Positions 35,860-46,196 of a stretch of 64,000 bases of DNA are shown one piece after another (within the stretch, counting starts at the first letter, position 1; every line of letters starts with the position of its first letter). Source of the stretch: Eubacteriales bacterium. GTDB taxonomy: Bacteria; Bacillota; Clostridia; Oscillospirales; UMGS1783. The notes beneath the pieces are model-generated. The model was not told the DNA's origin. It did not search any database and saw only the letters and a list, made by a program, of their open reading frames with translations. A program made the position numbers and the translations under genes. The stretch spans positions 27,857-91,856 of the forward strand of contig JAZOAH010000008.1 of the NCBI GenBank assembly GCA_045595395.1, in the 5' to 3' direction.

Positions 35860-37782
35860 TTATCGATTCTTGGTGTAATTGAGAAGACCGCCGGCACAGA
35901 GCATCTGCTTCTGACGTTCAGACAGAGTAACAACACCGGTCACAGTCTTATTCTTCGTTTTATTCACAATGAGGATCTCTTCCCCATTTATGATACGCTT
36001 ACGCACATCAGGCAACTCAAGTTCATCGCCCAGCGCAAAACCGTCATAATCATCAGGATTGGCAAAGGTAATGGGGATAATGCCGTTATTGATAAGATTA
36101 GCGGCATGGATGCGAGCAAACGACTTAGCAACGACCGCCTTGACGCCTAAATACAACGGAACAAGTGCCGCATGCTCACGGGAAGATCCTTGGCCGTAAT
36201 TGGCACCGCCGATAATTATGCCACCACCCCACTGACGGGCTCGAGACGGGAACTGCTCATCACAGCGCACAAAGCAAAATTCCGAAAGTTTAGGAATGTT
36301 CGAACGATAGGGCAGAATCTTAGCACCGGCCGGCATAATGTGGTCGGTCGTTATGTTGTCACCCACGATCAACAGCGCACGTTTGGCAATGGTATCCGGC
36401 ATCGCTTCATTGATCGGGAAAGGCTTGATGTTGGGCCCCTGCTCTACCTCGACCATATCCGAAGAAGCAGCAGGAGCATCAACCAAATTATCATTTACTG
36501 TAAAGTGATCCGGCATTACGATCTCAGTTGATAAGGCAAAGGTAGTCGGATCGGTCATGACGCCGGTAATAGCCGAAACAGCTGCTGTTTCCGGGCTGAC
36601 CAGATAAACCTGTGCATCTTCCGTGCCACTGCGTCCTTCAAAATTACGGTTAAAGGTACGCAGCGATATGCCGGCACTCTTAGGCGACTGGCCCATACCG
36701 ATGCAAGGTCCGCAGGCGCACTCAAGAATACGAGCACCCGAATCAATGATATCGGATAGAGCGCCGTTAGCAGCAAGCATATTAAAGACCTGCTTGGAGC
36801 CCGGCGAAATCGCCAGTGAAACATCACTATGAACCGTCTTGCCCTTCAGGATAGCGGCAACCGTCATCATGTCCAGGTAGGACGAGTTAGTGCAAGAGCC
36901 AATACAAGACTGCGAGACCGGCATACCTGCCAGCTCCGATACCGGCTTGACATTGTCCGGGCTATGAGGACAAGCAGCAAGCGGAACAACCTGTGTCAGA
37001 TCAATGTCGATCGTTTTATCATATTCCGCATCGGCATCCGCACAGAGCTCAGTATAGTCCTCTTCTCTGCCTTGTGCAGCCAGGAAACTACGGGTGATCT
37101 CATCAGCCGGGAAAACCGAAGTCGTAGCACCGGTCTCGGCGCCCATATTGGTAATGGTTGCACGCTGGGGCACGGTCAGCGTCTTTACGCCCTCGCCACA
37201 ATATTCAATAATATAACCGACGCCACCTTTAACGCCAATGCGACGAAGAACTTCCAGGATAATATCCTTAGCACCTACCATCGGGCGCAGTTTCCCGGTC
37301 AGATTGACACGGATCACACCGGGACAGGTAATAAAATATTCACCGCCACCCATGGCAACAGCAACATCCAAACCGCCGGCTCCAATCGCCAGCATACCGA
37401 TACCGCCGCCGGTCGGGGTATGTGAATCACTACCAAGTAATGTCTTGCCCGGTTTGCCAAAACGCTCCAGGTGAACCTGGTGGCAAATACCGTTGCCGGG
37501 GCGAGAGAAATATACGCCGTGCTTCTTGCAGACCGTCTGTATGTATCGATGGTCATCCGCATTTTCAAAGCCGTTTTGAAGGGTATTATGATCGATGTAT
37601 GCAACCGAACGCTCGGTCTTTACTCGGTCGATTCCCATGGCTTCAAACTGCAGATACGCCATTGTTCCGGTAGCGTCTTGCGTCAATGTTTGATCAATCC
37701 GAATTCCGATCTCCGTGCCCTTTTTCAGTTCCCCGGAGACCAGATGGGTACTGAGTAATTTATAGGCTACAGTCATTCCCAT
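35860..37782 (-). CDS. Aconitate hydratase
   Basis: QDATGT, GICHQVH, GSDSHT, IGSCTN, CGPCIG, TTDHI, GQGSSREHA. Confidence 0.93.
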   Translation of the reverse strand: MGMTVAYKLLSTHLVSGELKKGTEIGIRIDQTLTQDATGTMAYLQFEAMGIDRVKTERSVAYIDHNTLQNGFENADDHRYIQTVCKKHGVYFSRPGNGICHQVHLERFGKPGKTLLGSDSHTPTGGGIGMLAIGAGGLDVAVAMGGGEYFITCPGVIRVNLTGKLRPMVGAKDIILEVLRRIGVKGGVGYIIEYCGEGVKTLTVPQRATITNMGAETGATTSVFPADEITRSFLAAQGREEDYTELCADADAEYDKTIDIDLTQVVPLAACPHSPDNVKPVSELAGMPVSQSCIGSCTNSSYLDMMTVAAILKGKTVHSDVSLAISPGSKQVFNMLAANGALSDIIDSGARILECACGPCIGMGQSPKSAGISLRTFNRNFEGRSGTEDAQVYLVSPETAAVSAITGVMTDPTTFALSTEIVMPDHFTVNDNLVDAPAASSDMVEVEQGPNIKPFPINEAMPDTIAKRALLIVGDNITTDHIMPAGAKILPYRSNIPKLSEFCFVRCDEQFPSRARQWGGGIIIGGANYGQGSSREHAALVPLYLGVKAVVAKSFARIHAANLINNGIIPITFANPDDYDGFALGDELELPDVRKRIINGEEILIVNKTKNKTVTGVVTLSERQKQMLCAGGLLNYTKNR

Positions 37783-38052
37783 TGGTTATCACCGCCTTAT
37801 TTATAATAATTATATATTTTAGTATCAATGGTGTCCTCTTGTCAAGACCTTCCGAAAATTCTTCACCGTCTTTTGTTGTTACATTTTTACCATTTTTTTT
37901 GAATAATTAGTTAACATAATGTTAAAAAATAATCTGTTTTTTACTGCAAGTTACCCACAGTATCAACAGGGTTTTCCACTAAAGTTGGGTGATTTGAGCA
38001 TTCATACCGCTAAAATCAATAAAATTTACCCAAATTTTCGCTCATGACCATA

Positions 38053-38080
38053 TGTTTACATAATGCTATTTTTAGGAGTC
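38053..38080 (-). other. Bacillus-type dif-like site
   Basis: GACTCCTAAAA-ATAGCA-TTATGTAAACA versus B. subtilis dif ACTTCCTAGAA-TATATA-TTATGTAAACT (7/11 and 10/11 in the arms); intergenic. Confidence 0.6.
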
Positions 38081-38103
38081 GTTTTCAATTCTTGTGCAAA
38101 GCA

Positions 38104-39135
38104 TTAGAATTCGGTCGTATCCGAATAATTTGAGGTAATATCCATCGTTGCATAGGCATTCAAATCCGGTTTCGCCGTCACTCCGCTGCGATATTCATAA
38201 TAAGCCTGAGAAGCGATCATAGCCGCATTGTCGCCGCAGTATTTGAGCGGCGGCATAAACAGCTGCATGCCGTATTTTTTCGCCGCCTGCTCTACCTTGG
38301 CACGTAACATTCCATTAGCCGAAACACCACCGGCCAACACCAATGTATCTTGTTTGTGGTCGAGTGCAGCTTGTAAAAAGTGGTCACACAGGGTCGAGGT
38401 AATGGTATCACAAAAACTCGCCGCCACATCGGCCTTGTTGATCTCTTCCCCATTTTGCTTGTGCTTGTGAACATAATTGATCACGTTCGTTTTCAAACCC
38501 GAAAAACTGAAATCATACGGATTTTCCGAAAAGGAACTGTGCGGTAAAGATAAGGCCTTCGTATCTCCGCCGGCGGCTAATTTTTCAATTTCCTTGCCAC
38601 CCGGATAGCCAATATCCAAGATACGGGCTACTTTATCAAAGGCCTCCCCTGCCGCATCATCATGCGTCCGACCGAGAATTTCATAATCGGTATAGTCCTT
38701 AACATGGACAATATGGCTGTGTCCGCCTGACACGATCAACGCCAAAAAAGGCGGCTTCAAATCTGAAAAGGTCAAATAGTTGGCCGCTACATGCCCCCTC
38801 AGATGATGCACGGGAATCAGCGGCACACCCAAGCCATAGGCATACGCCTTAGCAAAGCCGACACCCGTTAACAACGCACCGATCAAGCCCGGCGCATAGG
38901 TAACGGCGACAGCATCAATATCTTTCGCCTCCAAATGCGCCTCATCCAAAGCTGCAGCTGTGACTGCCGTGATCTTTTCGGTATGCTTTCGCGAGGCGAT
39001 CTCCGGCACGACACCGCCGTAGATCTTATGAATATCGATCTGTGTGTAAACAGCGTTGGAGAGAACATGCCGTCCATCCTCAACAATGGCCGCAGCTGTT
39101 TCATCGCAGGAACTTTCAATCGCTAATATCTTCAT
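38104..39135 (-). CDS. tsaD: tRNA N6-adenosine threonylcarbamoyltransferase
   Basis: ILAIESSCDET, GGVVPEIASR, HHLRGH, DDAAGEAFDK, DNAAMIA. Confidence 0.97.
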   Translation of the reverse strand: MKILAIESSCDETAAAIVEDGRHVLSNAVYTQIDIHKIYGGVVPEIASRKHTEKITAVTAAALDEAHLEAKDIDAVAVTYAPGLIGALLTGVGFAKAYAYGLGVPLIPVHHLRGHVAANYLTFSDLKPPFLALIVSGGHSHIVHVKDYTDYEILGRTHDDAAGEAFDKVARILDIGYPGGKEIEKLAAGGDTKALSLPHSSFSENPYDFSFSGLKTNVINYVHKHKQNGEEINKADVAASFCDTITSTLCDHFLQAALDHKQDTLVLAGGVSANGMLRAKVEQAAKKYGMQLFMPPLKYCGDNAAMIASQAYYEYRSGVTAKPDLNAYATMDITSNYSDTTEF

Positions 39136-39577
39136 CTTGTTTAACACTCCATTGTGCCTTCATGATTATCGCATCCTCTTCCGGCTGTCGGTAAAAACCC
39201 TTCCGTGTCCCATATGTGGCAAAACCGAGGGATTCGTAAAGATGCCGAGCCGCAGCATTACTTTCTCTCACCTCAAGATAACACCAGCCGATCCCTAGCT
39301 TCGACGCCTCATTTTTAACCTCTGATAACATGCGGCGGCCAAAGCCATTGCGACACCAGGCAGGGTCAACGGCAATGCGCAAGATCTCCATTTCATCCAG
39401 CACACACTGCGCCAGAAAATACCCAAGCACACGATCCTCATCCTTCAAAACAACGAAAAAATCCTTCTCGAGCGATTGCGTCAGCAAGTCCTGACTCATA
39501 GCATCGGAAAATATCTGTCGTTCCAGATCAGCAACCTGCGCCATATCCGCAACCGTTGCACGTAATACCTGCGGCAT
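39116..39577 (-). CDS. rimI: Ribosomal-protein-alanine N-acetyltransferase
   Basis: IAVDP...GFG, LEVRESN.AA..LY..LGF...RKGFY..P.EDA. Confidence 0.92.
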   Translation of the reverse strand: MPQVLRATVADMAQVADLERQIFSDAMSQDLLTQSLEKDFFVVLKDEDRVLGYFLAQCVLDEMEILRIAVDPAWCRNGFGRRMLSEVKNEASKLGIGWCYLEVRESNAAARHLYESLGFATYGTRKGFYRQPEEDAIIMKAQWSVKQDEDISD

Positions 39578-40008
39578 CAGTGATTCTCCAGCGCCTTGAG
39601 AACATTCGGCAATTCTGCCTTTATCTGATCTCGGCACAAACGGTACATATCCAGATCTCCGCCAAAGGGATCACTGATACCACGACCAAGCACATAAAGT
39701 TTGTCCATAGCTTGCGGATAGATGGCCGCTACCGTAGCGACATGCGCATCGGTCATACAAAAGATCACATGTGCGTTGCTGATATCGTTTCCTGTCAGCT
39801 GACGCGCCCGATGATAGGACATATCAATTCCCTCTTCACTCATCGCATCCATGGCATTTGCCGAGATGAGCATACCCTCATTTACGGCGATGCCCGCGCT
39901 GGTCGCCTGAATATCCAGGCCCTTTCGATGAGAGAATTGATTCATTAACCCCTGTGCCATCGGGCTGCGGCAGGTATTGCCTGTACATACAAATAAAACT
40001 CGTTTCAT
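39577..40008 (-). CDS. Low-molecular-weight protein phosphatase (YwlE-like arginine phosphatase)
   Basis: VCTGNTCRSPMA and ISDPFGG motifs. Confidence 0.88.
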   Translation of the reverse strand: MKRVLFVCTGNTCRSPMAQGLMNQFSHRKGLDIQATSAGIAVNEGMLISANAMDAMSEEGIDMSYHRARQLTGNDISNAHVIFCMTDAHVATVAAIYPQAMDKLYVLGRGISDPFGGDLDMYRLCRDQIKAELPNVLKALENH

Positions 40009-40012
40009 ATTC

Positions 40013-42535
40013 TTATCCTTTCGCTTGATACCAGTTTTGGCCGATACCCAGATCGACCTTGAGCGGAATCCCCATGTTGCCGGCATTTTCCATTTCTTCA
40101 ATCAAAATAGCCTGAGCACGCTCCACTTCGTCATCCGGACTTTCCAGGATCAGTTCGTCGTGCACCTGCAGGATAATATGGGTTTTCATATTCTCCTGTT
40201 TCAATCGACGATGCACGGCAACCATGGCAATTTTAAGCAGATCAGCAGCACTGCCTTGAATCGGTGTATTCATGGCAACCCGTTCGCCAAAGGCGCGCAC
40301 ATTGTGATTTTGCACCGAAAGCTCGGGAATATAGCGACGACGTCCAAACAAGGTCGTCACATATCCGCTTGCTTTGGCATCCAGTACCGTCTTGTCCAAA
40401 TATTCTTTGATGCCACGATAGGTGTTGAAATAGTTTTCAATATATTGTTTTGCCTCTTTCCTGGGGACCTTGATGTCGGCAGCCAGAGAAAAGTCAGAAA
40501 TGCCATAGACAATGCCGAAATTGACTGCCTTGGCCCGTGAACGAAGTTCCGACGAAACCAGTTCCATCGGCACTTTGAAGACCTCGGACGCTGTCTTTGT
40601 ATGAATATCCTCGCCGGTGCGAAAAGCTGTGAGCATTTTCTCATCCTTTGAAATAAAGGCGAGCACTCGCAATTCGATCTGTGAATAGTCCGCATCGATC
40701 AAATGATATCCGGGCTTGGTCACAAACAGCTTGCGCAACTGCCGCCCAAGCGGCTGACGCACGGGAATATTTTGCAGATTCGGCTCGGACGACGAGATAC
40801 GACCGGTCTGGGTAATGGTTTGATGAAATACCGAGTGGATTCGGCCGGTATCATCGATCAGATCGACAAAACCCTCGACATAAGTGGAATTGAGTTTGGT
40901 CAAGCGCCGATATTCCAATACCGCATCTATGATCTCATGATATCCACGCAGACGCTCCAGAACCTCAGCACTGGTCGAAAATCCGGTTTTAGTTTTGGCA
41001 TAGGCCGGCAGCTTCAGCTCAACAAAGAGCACCTCACCCAACTGCTTGGGCGAATTGATGTTAAATTCTCTGCCCGCCATAAAATAGATCGTCTTGGTCA
41101 ACTCGTCAATACGGCTGCGTAACATGGCGCCAAACTCGGTCAACTGCTGCTTATCCATGCTAAAGCCCTCATGCTCCATTTGCGCAAGCACCTCGGTCAG
41201 CGGCAACTCGATCTGTTCAAACAGAGGCAACATATCAGCATCCGCCAAAGCGTCCCGCATCTTCTGCGCAGCATCCAGAAAATAGGCGCAGGCCGTCATG
41301 TCATTGTCAGGGGTAATGGCCAACTGCTCACGCAATATGGAGGCGATGCTGTAGTTAGCGATAGAGGGATTGAGCACATAGGCCGCCACCTTTAGGTCAA
41401 AACTGATCCCTTTTGCCACAATTCCGTAGCCCAGCAATTTTCGTAGAAACGGCTTGGCGGCAAATGTCGTTTTTCTTGGTAAATCTCGAGAAAACAGCTC
41501 ATTTAAAAAGGCTTCATTCGGCCTTGTCCGATAAAGAATACCTCCGGCACAGAGCATCATGTCTTCTTCCATCGGCAAAAAAGCGATCTCTTCTTCCTTT
41601 AGCAGAATCGGCAACAAGTCCTGACAATCCATCTCGGTTATATCTGCACTAACACCGAGATCGGCCTGTTTTTCCTGCAAACCAAAACGGGTAATAAACT
41701 TGTCAAATTCCAACTGCGCCAGTAATTCAAACAACCGATCGGCATCATATTCTTGCCGCATGAGATCGTCTTGAGTCAGGTCGATCTCCATATCGGTCTT
41801 GATAGTTACAAGGACACGGGAAAGAAATGCGCTCTCTTTTCCGGCCTCCAGTTTTACACGCTGAGCCGGCTTGATGGCAGGGTCTTCCAGGTTTTCATAC
41901 ACCTGTTCCAGGGAGCCGAATTTTGCAATCAGTGCCGATGCGCCTTTTTCTCCAATACCGGCCACACCGGGGACATTGTCAGACGAATCGCCCATGATCG
42001 CCTTGACATCAATCAGTTGCTGCGGCACAACACCGTATTTTTCCATCACCTGCTCCGGTCCGTAACTGACACTTTCACTACCCGAGCGGGTGCTGACCGA
42101 AAGCAAAACCCTGGTCCTATCATTAACCAACTGCAAACTGTCACGGTCTCCCGTTACAATTACACAGTCCATATCTGAGAACTTACGAGTCAGCGTTCCA
42201 ATAATATCATCCGCCTCAAACCCCGGATACTCCAACCGCCGAATACGCATAGCGTCCAGAAGTTGCTTAGCAATGGGGATCTGACTGGCCAGCTCGGAAG
42301 CCATGGCCTTACGCTGTGCCTTATACCCGTCATACATATGGTGACGGAAGGTCTTTTCCTTAACATCAAAAGCCGCAACGATATAATCCGGCTTCTCCTC
42401 CTGCAACAGTTTAAGCAGGATATTCAAAAAACCATACACGGCATTGGTCGGCACACCGACCTTGGTGGTTAGCGGTGGCATGCCGAAAAAAGCACGGTTT
42501 AATATGCTATTGGCGTCCAGGATCATTAGTTTCAT
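40013..42535 (-). CDS. polA: DNA polymerase I
   Basis: 5'-3' exonuclease (EADDIIG), DYSQIELR, AKAVNFGIVYG, LQVHDEL. Confidence 0.98.
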   Translation of the reverse strand: MKLMILDANSILNRAFFGMPPLTTKVGVPTNAVYGFLNILLKLLQEEKPDYIVAAFDVKEKTFRHHMYDGYKAQRKAMASELASQIPIAKQLLDAMRIRRLEYPGFEADDIIGTLTRKFSDMDCVIVTGDRDSLQLVNDRTRVLLSVSTRSGSESVSYGPEQVMEKYGVVPQQLIDVKAIMGDSSDNVPGVAGIGEKGASALIAKFGSLEQVYENLEDPAIKPAQRVKLEAGKESAFLSRVLVTIKTDMEIDLTQDDLMRQEYDADRLFELLAQLEFDKFITRFGLQEKQADLGVSADITEMDCQDLLPILLKEEEIAFLPMEEDMMLCAGGILYRTRPNEAFLNELFSRDLPRKTTFAAKPFLRKLLGYGIVAKGISFDLKVAAYVLNPSIANYSIASILREQLAITPDNDMTACAYFLDAAQKMRDALADADMLPLFEQIELPLTEVLAQMEHEGFSMDKQQLTEFGAMLRSRIDELTKTIYFMAGREFNINSPKQLGEVLFVELKLPAYAKTKTGFSTSAEVLERLRGYHEIIDAVLEYRRLTKLNSTYVEGFVDLIDDTGRIHSVFHQTITQTGRISSSEPNLQNIPVRQPLGRQLRKLFVTKPGYHLIDADYSQIELRVLAFISKDEKMLTAFRTGEDIHTKTASEVFKVPMELVSSELRSRAKAVNFGIVYGISDFSLAADIKVPRKEAKQYIENYFNTYRGIKEYLDKTVLDAKASGYVTTLFGRRRYIPELSVQNHNVRAFGERVAMNTPIQGSAADLLKIAMVAVHRRLKQENMKTHIILQVHDELILESPDDEVERAQAILIEEMENAGNMGIPLKVDLGIGQNWYQAKG

Positions 42536-42755
42536 CGTACTACCTACACTTACCTATATCTTTTTTGCATGTATTATGTTATTATATCATTAGTAACGCC
42601 ATCTTTCAATCCAAATCAAAGGAAATTCTTGTCACCTTTTTGACAATGATGAAATTTTCTGTAACTATTTTGAAACTTTTTTGAAATATTCCTTTCTTTT
42701 TCAAAAAATATAGTGTATAATATTTTAGTTATTAGATATCAGAGGTGTTACATAT

Positions 42756-43514
42756 ATGGAAAACCTAAACGGAAAGCGACTGGCGATCGGCATCAATCCC
42801 GTTGCTGAGTTATTGCGCAGCGGCAATCCGGTGGATCGAATCTATGTCAGCAAAGGCAAATCCACCCCCCAGATCGCCCGCTTGATCGAAAAAGCAAAAC
42901 GAGCCGATGTTCCCGTTATTTTTTCCGATACCATGCGATTGGACAAACTATGTGACGGCGCCAACCATCAAGGCATCATCGCCATATGTGCCGAAAAAGA
43001 ATATTGCACGATTGATGATATTCTTGACCTGGCCGCCTCTCGCAACGAGAAACCCTTTGTCATCATTCTTGATGAACTCAAAGACCCCCACAACTTTGGC
43101 GCCATTATTCGCAGTGCCGACGGTGCAGGCGCACATGGCATTATCGTTGCCAAGCGAGGTAACGCCCCCTTGTCGGAAACGGTTTCCAAAACCTCGGCCG
43201 GTGCGCTGGAATATGCAAAAATTGCCCGAGTTCCGAATTTGGCTGCCGCTTTGGAAGAGCTAAAAAAGAAAGGGCTCTGGATCTTCGGCACATCCGATAA
43301 GGCTCAAACCACCTATACCGATGCCGATTTTGATATCCCCTGCGCACTCATCATCGGTGACGAAGGCTTCGGCATTGGCCGATTACTTAGTGAAAAATGC
43401 GATTTTCTTATTAATATCCCTATGCGTGGCAATGTCAGTTCCCTCAACGCTTCGGTAGCTGCCGGCGTTGTGATGTATGAAGTGCTGCGCCAGCGTGACG
43501 TAAAAAACAGATGA
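42756..43514 (+). CDS. rlmB: 23S rRNA G2251 2'-O-methyltransferase (SpoU family)
   Basis: NHQG, DPHNFGAIIRS, IGDEG, SLNASVA. Confidence 0.93.
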   Translation: MENLNGKRLAIGINPVAELLRSGNPVDRIYVSKGKSTPQIARLIEKAKRADVPVIFSDTMRLDKLCDGANHQGIIAICAEKEYCTIDDILDLAASRNEKPFVIILDELKDPHNFGAIIRSADGAGAHGIIVAKRGNAPLSETVSKTSAGALEYAKIARVPNLAAALEELKKKGLWIFGTSDKAQTTYTDADFDIPCALIIGDEGFGIGRLLSEKCDFLINIPMRGNVSSLNASVAAGVVMYEVLRQRDVKNR

Positions 43515-43529
43515 CGGAGGAGATTAGCC

Positions 43530-46082
43530 ATGTCTGACAAAGATTTATTTGATTCCATTCTCGGCGATATCTGGTCCACACCAAGCAAGGCCTCATCTAA
43601 TGCGGCCGACAATAAGTACAAAACCTCGGATTTTCAGTTGGACGATATTCTTAAAGAATTCGGCGTTGTAGAGGATAAGCCCAAAGCCGACTCACCAAAG
43701 CACAACAACTATGCCGATGATTTTCTTTCCGGCAGCAGCACCGGCGATATTTGGGCCAATATGCTCAAGGATCTTTCGACTGAAAAGCCTCAATCCAAAA
43801 TGGAGCCGATTCCTACCATCCATGAAGATGTTCTCCAGCCTGACCCGGTTATCGTTGCCGACGTGCAAAAGCAACATACCATTGCCCGCGCCGTTGAGCC
43901 GATCCTTGATCCTGTTACCGCACAAGAAAAAGAGCAGGCTCGTAACTATGTAGCCGAGCTGTTTAGCAACAATTCCCCCAATGCTCTGTCCGGCTCGAAT
44001 GACACTGTATCCGAAGATCAGCCCACTATAGTAGCCGATGAGCCCATCGTCGCACCCATTCGGCCGATTAAAAAGATCTTGACTGAGCGAGAAGAGGAAA
44101 ACTATAAAATGCGCAGCGGCTATATTGATCTCAACGCTATCCGCGAAGCCACTGCCGCCCGCAATCCCGTTCGACCGGAAGAAGCCACCCAAAAATATAC
44201 TTCAATGAACACCGACCAACGTGCCCTTTTCGGAAAGATCGGTGATTTCTTCTCGGATGCCACCTTCCAATATGATACCTCTTCGGTCAACAATATATCC
44301 GCTGAACTGATCAACGGCCGTCCTCGCAAGCAGAAAAACAATGTGCCGGAAAATGAAGACGAGATCAAGATCAACGACCAGTTTGAAGATATCTACGATA
44401 AAAAAGATATTCCCGCCGTTGAACAGGAATTGATGTTCCAGGTCAACATCGCCGGCATCAAATCGATCATTACTGCTATCCTCTCTCTTCCTCTGGCTCT
44501 GTTGAATTTCTTCCCCGGCCTGATCGATAATATTTTACCCGCTCTCGGCACCTCTCAACCCGTCAATCATGCAATCGCCAATCTGTTTCTTCTCGGCATA
44601 ATCGCTATTCTTAACTTTAATATTATCGGCAAGGGCATCGCCAGCCTTTTCCGCCTGCGCCCGACAGGCTCCACCCTCGCTTCCCTGTCTGTCATTGCCG
44701 GCTTGACACACTGTATTTATACTCTGATCTCCAAAGATTCTACCGGCATGTACAGTGCCGTAGCTGCCTTATCCGTTCTCTTTGTACTGCTTGGCAAATA
44801 TCTGTACTATAAAAATGTTCTCAAAAATTTCGAGATCCTTGCCTTTGATACACAAAAGACTGCCTGCGTCAATGTTGCCGGCGGCTACTCACTCAAAGAA
44901 CTTTACAGCGATAAGGAACGAATCAGCGCCTGCCGCTCGGTCGATCTTATCACCCGTTTTCTGAGCAATTCCTTTGATTATAACTTTGCCGATAAGACCT
45001 CACGTGTGAGCATCCTTTCCTGTGTCGGCATCCTGATCGTTTCGATTCTCATAGCCATCCTACTGCATGACACCACCTCCGTTTTCACCTTTATCTCGGC
45101 GGGATGCTGCATCGTGACTCCCTTCTGTTATGATCTGGCTTATTCCCTTCCTTTTTATTCGATATCCTCTAAAATCCGCAAAAACGGCAGTGCTGTTGTC
45201 AGCTATACCAGAGCCGATGAATTCTCCAAGACCTCGACTATGGTACTTTGTGACAGCGATCTGTTTAAGCCCGAAAACATTATCGTTCACTCCATGAAGA
45301 TCAACGGTAACGATCGCATCAACGATGTCATTATTAACTGCGCCTCTCTCCTTCACGAAAGCGGCAGTCCCGTTGCCGGTGCCTTCATGAACATCCTGGA
45401 TAACAAAGCAGAAATGCTGTTACCCGTCTATAATTTCGATTGGATCCCCGAAAAAGGCGTTTCCGGTTATATCAATAATGTAAAATACTTTATCGGAAGC
45501 AGCCAATACCTTGCTGATTGCGGCATTAAACTGCCCTCTGTCGACCTGGAAGAAAAATATAAGCGTGCCGGCCGCCAGGTCATCATGTTTGCCGATAGCA
45601 CAAAATTGCTGGCTGTCTTCTCCATCTCCTATTGCCGCGATGAGCAGATCTTCCGCAACCTGCACCGTATCAATCTCGGCAGTCTGAATCTTTTGGTCCT
45701 CACCCGTGACTGCAACATCACTGCCGAACTGATGTCACAGCTATATGAGATGCCCGTCCACAATTTTACGATTGCATCCAAGAATGAGTTTGATCGTCTG
45801 TATCATAAAGATGATTCCAAACCCAAGCATCCCGCCGGCATCTATTCCATTACCGGCGCCACCGGCATCACCTATGCGCTGGCCAACTGCCGCCGCCTGA
45901 TGGGCACGGTACGAGCTTCAGTTGTCATGAGAACACTGGCTCTTGCCTGCGGCGCTCTCCTTCTTCTGCTTGTCGGCATTACCTCGGGCGATATCTACTC
46001 CACCATCAATCCTGCAAACATGGCTCTATTCCATCTGCTCTGGATGATTCCTTCGCTCTTTATTTCCCTGTTTGCCGGTTAA
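43530..46082 (+). CDS. Large membrane protein with degenerate P-type (P1B-like) ATPase fold
   Basis: About 300-aa acidic N-terminus, about 8 TMs, N-domain-like F.WIPEKGVSGYI....YFIGS..YL..CGI; no DKTGT or TGES. Confidence 0.6.
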   Translation: MSDKDLFDSILGDIWSTPSKASSNAADNKYKTSDFQLDDILKEFGVVEDKPKADSPKHNNYADDFLSGSSTGDIWANMLKDLSTEKPQSKMEPIPTIHEDVLQPDPVIVADVQKQHTIARAVEPILDPVTAQEKEQARNYVAELFSNNSPNALSGSNDTVSEDQPTIVADEPIVAPIRPIKKILTEREEENYKMRSGYIDLNAIREATAARNPVRPEEATQKYTSMNTDQRALFGKIGDFFSDATFQYDTSSVNNISAELINGRPRKQKNNVPENEDEIKINDQFEDIYDKKDIPAVEQELMFQVNIAGIKSIITAILSLPLALLNFFPGLIDNILPALGTSQPVNHAIANLFLLGIIAILNFNIIGKGIASLFRLRPTGSTLASLSVIAGLTHCIYTLISKDSTGMYSAVAALSVLFVLLGKYLYYKNVLKNFEILAFDTQKTACVNVAGGYSLKELYSDKERISACRSVDLITRFLSNSFDYNFADKTSRVSILSCVGILIVSILIAILLHDTTSVFTFISAGCCIVTPFCYDLAYSLPFYSISSKIRKNGSAVVSYTRADEFSKTSTMVLCDSDLFKPENIIVHSMKINGNDRINDVIINCASLLHESGSPVAGAFMNILDNKAEMLLPVYNFDWIPEKGVSGYINNVKYFIGSSQYLADCGIKLPSVDLEEKYKRAGRQVIMFADSTKLLAVFSISYCRDEQIFRNLHRINLGSLNLLVLTRDCNITAELMSQLYEMPVHNFTIASKNEFDRLYHKDDSKPKHPAGIYSITGATGITYALANCRRLMGTVRASVVMRTLALACGALLLLLVGITSGDIYSTINPANMALFHLLWMIPSLFISLFAG

Positions 46083-46097
46083 TTATTCATATTTTTT

Positions 46098-46131
46098 GTG
46101 GCTGATCCATGAGATCAGCCACTCTTTTTTT
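46098..46131 (+). terminator. Rho-independent terminator
   Basis: GTGGCTGATC-catga-GATCAGCCAC then a T tract. Confidence 0.8.
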
Positions 46132-46136
46132 ATTCT

Positions 46137-46164
46137 CACACAACCGCCCATCCTTCATAAAATG
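46137..46164 (+). promoter_or_regulatory. Candidate sigma-K promoter of dpaAB
   Basis: AC-N16-CATAaaaTG; dpaAB is sigma-K dependent in B. subtilis. Confidence 0.55.
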
Positions 46165-46196
46165 ATAGTAGTATTGTATGAATGGGAGGAAATGCA

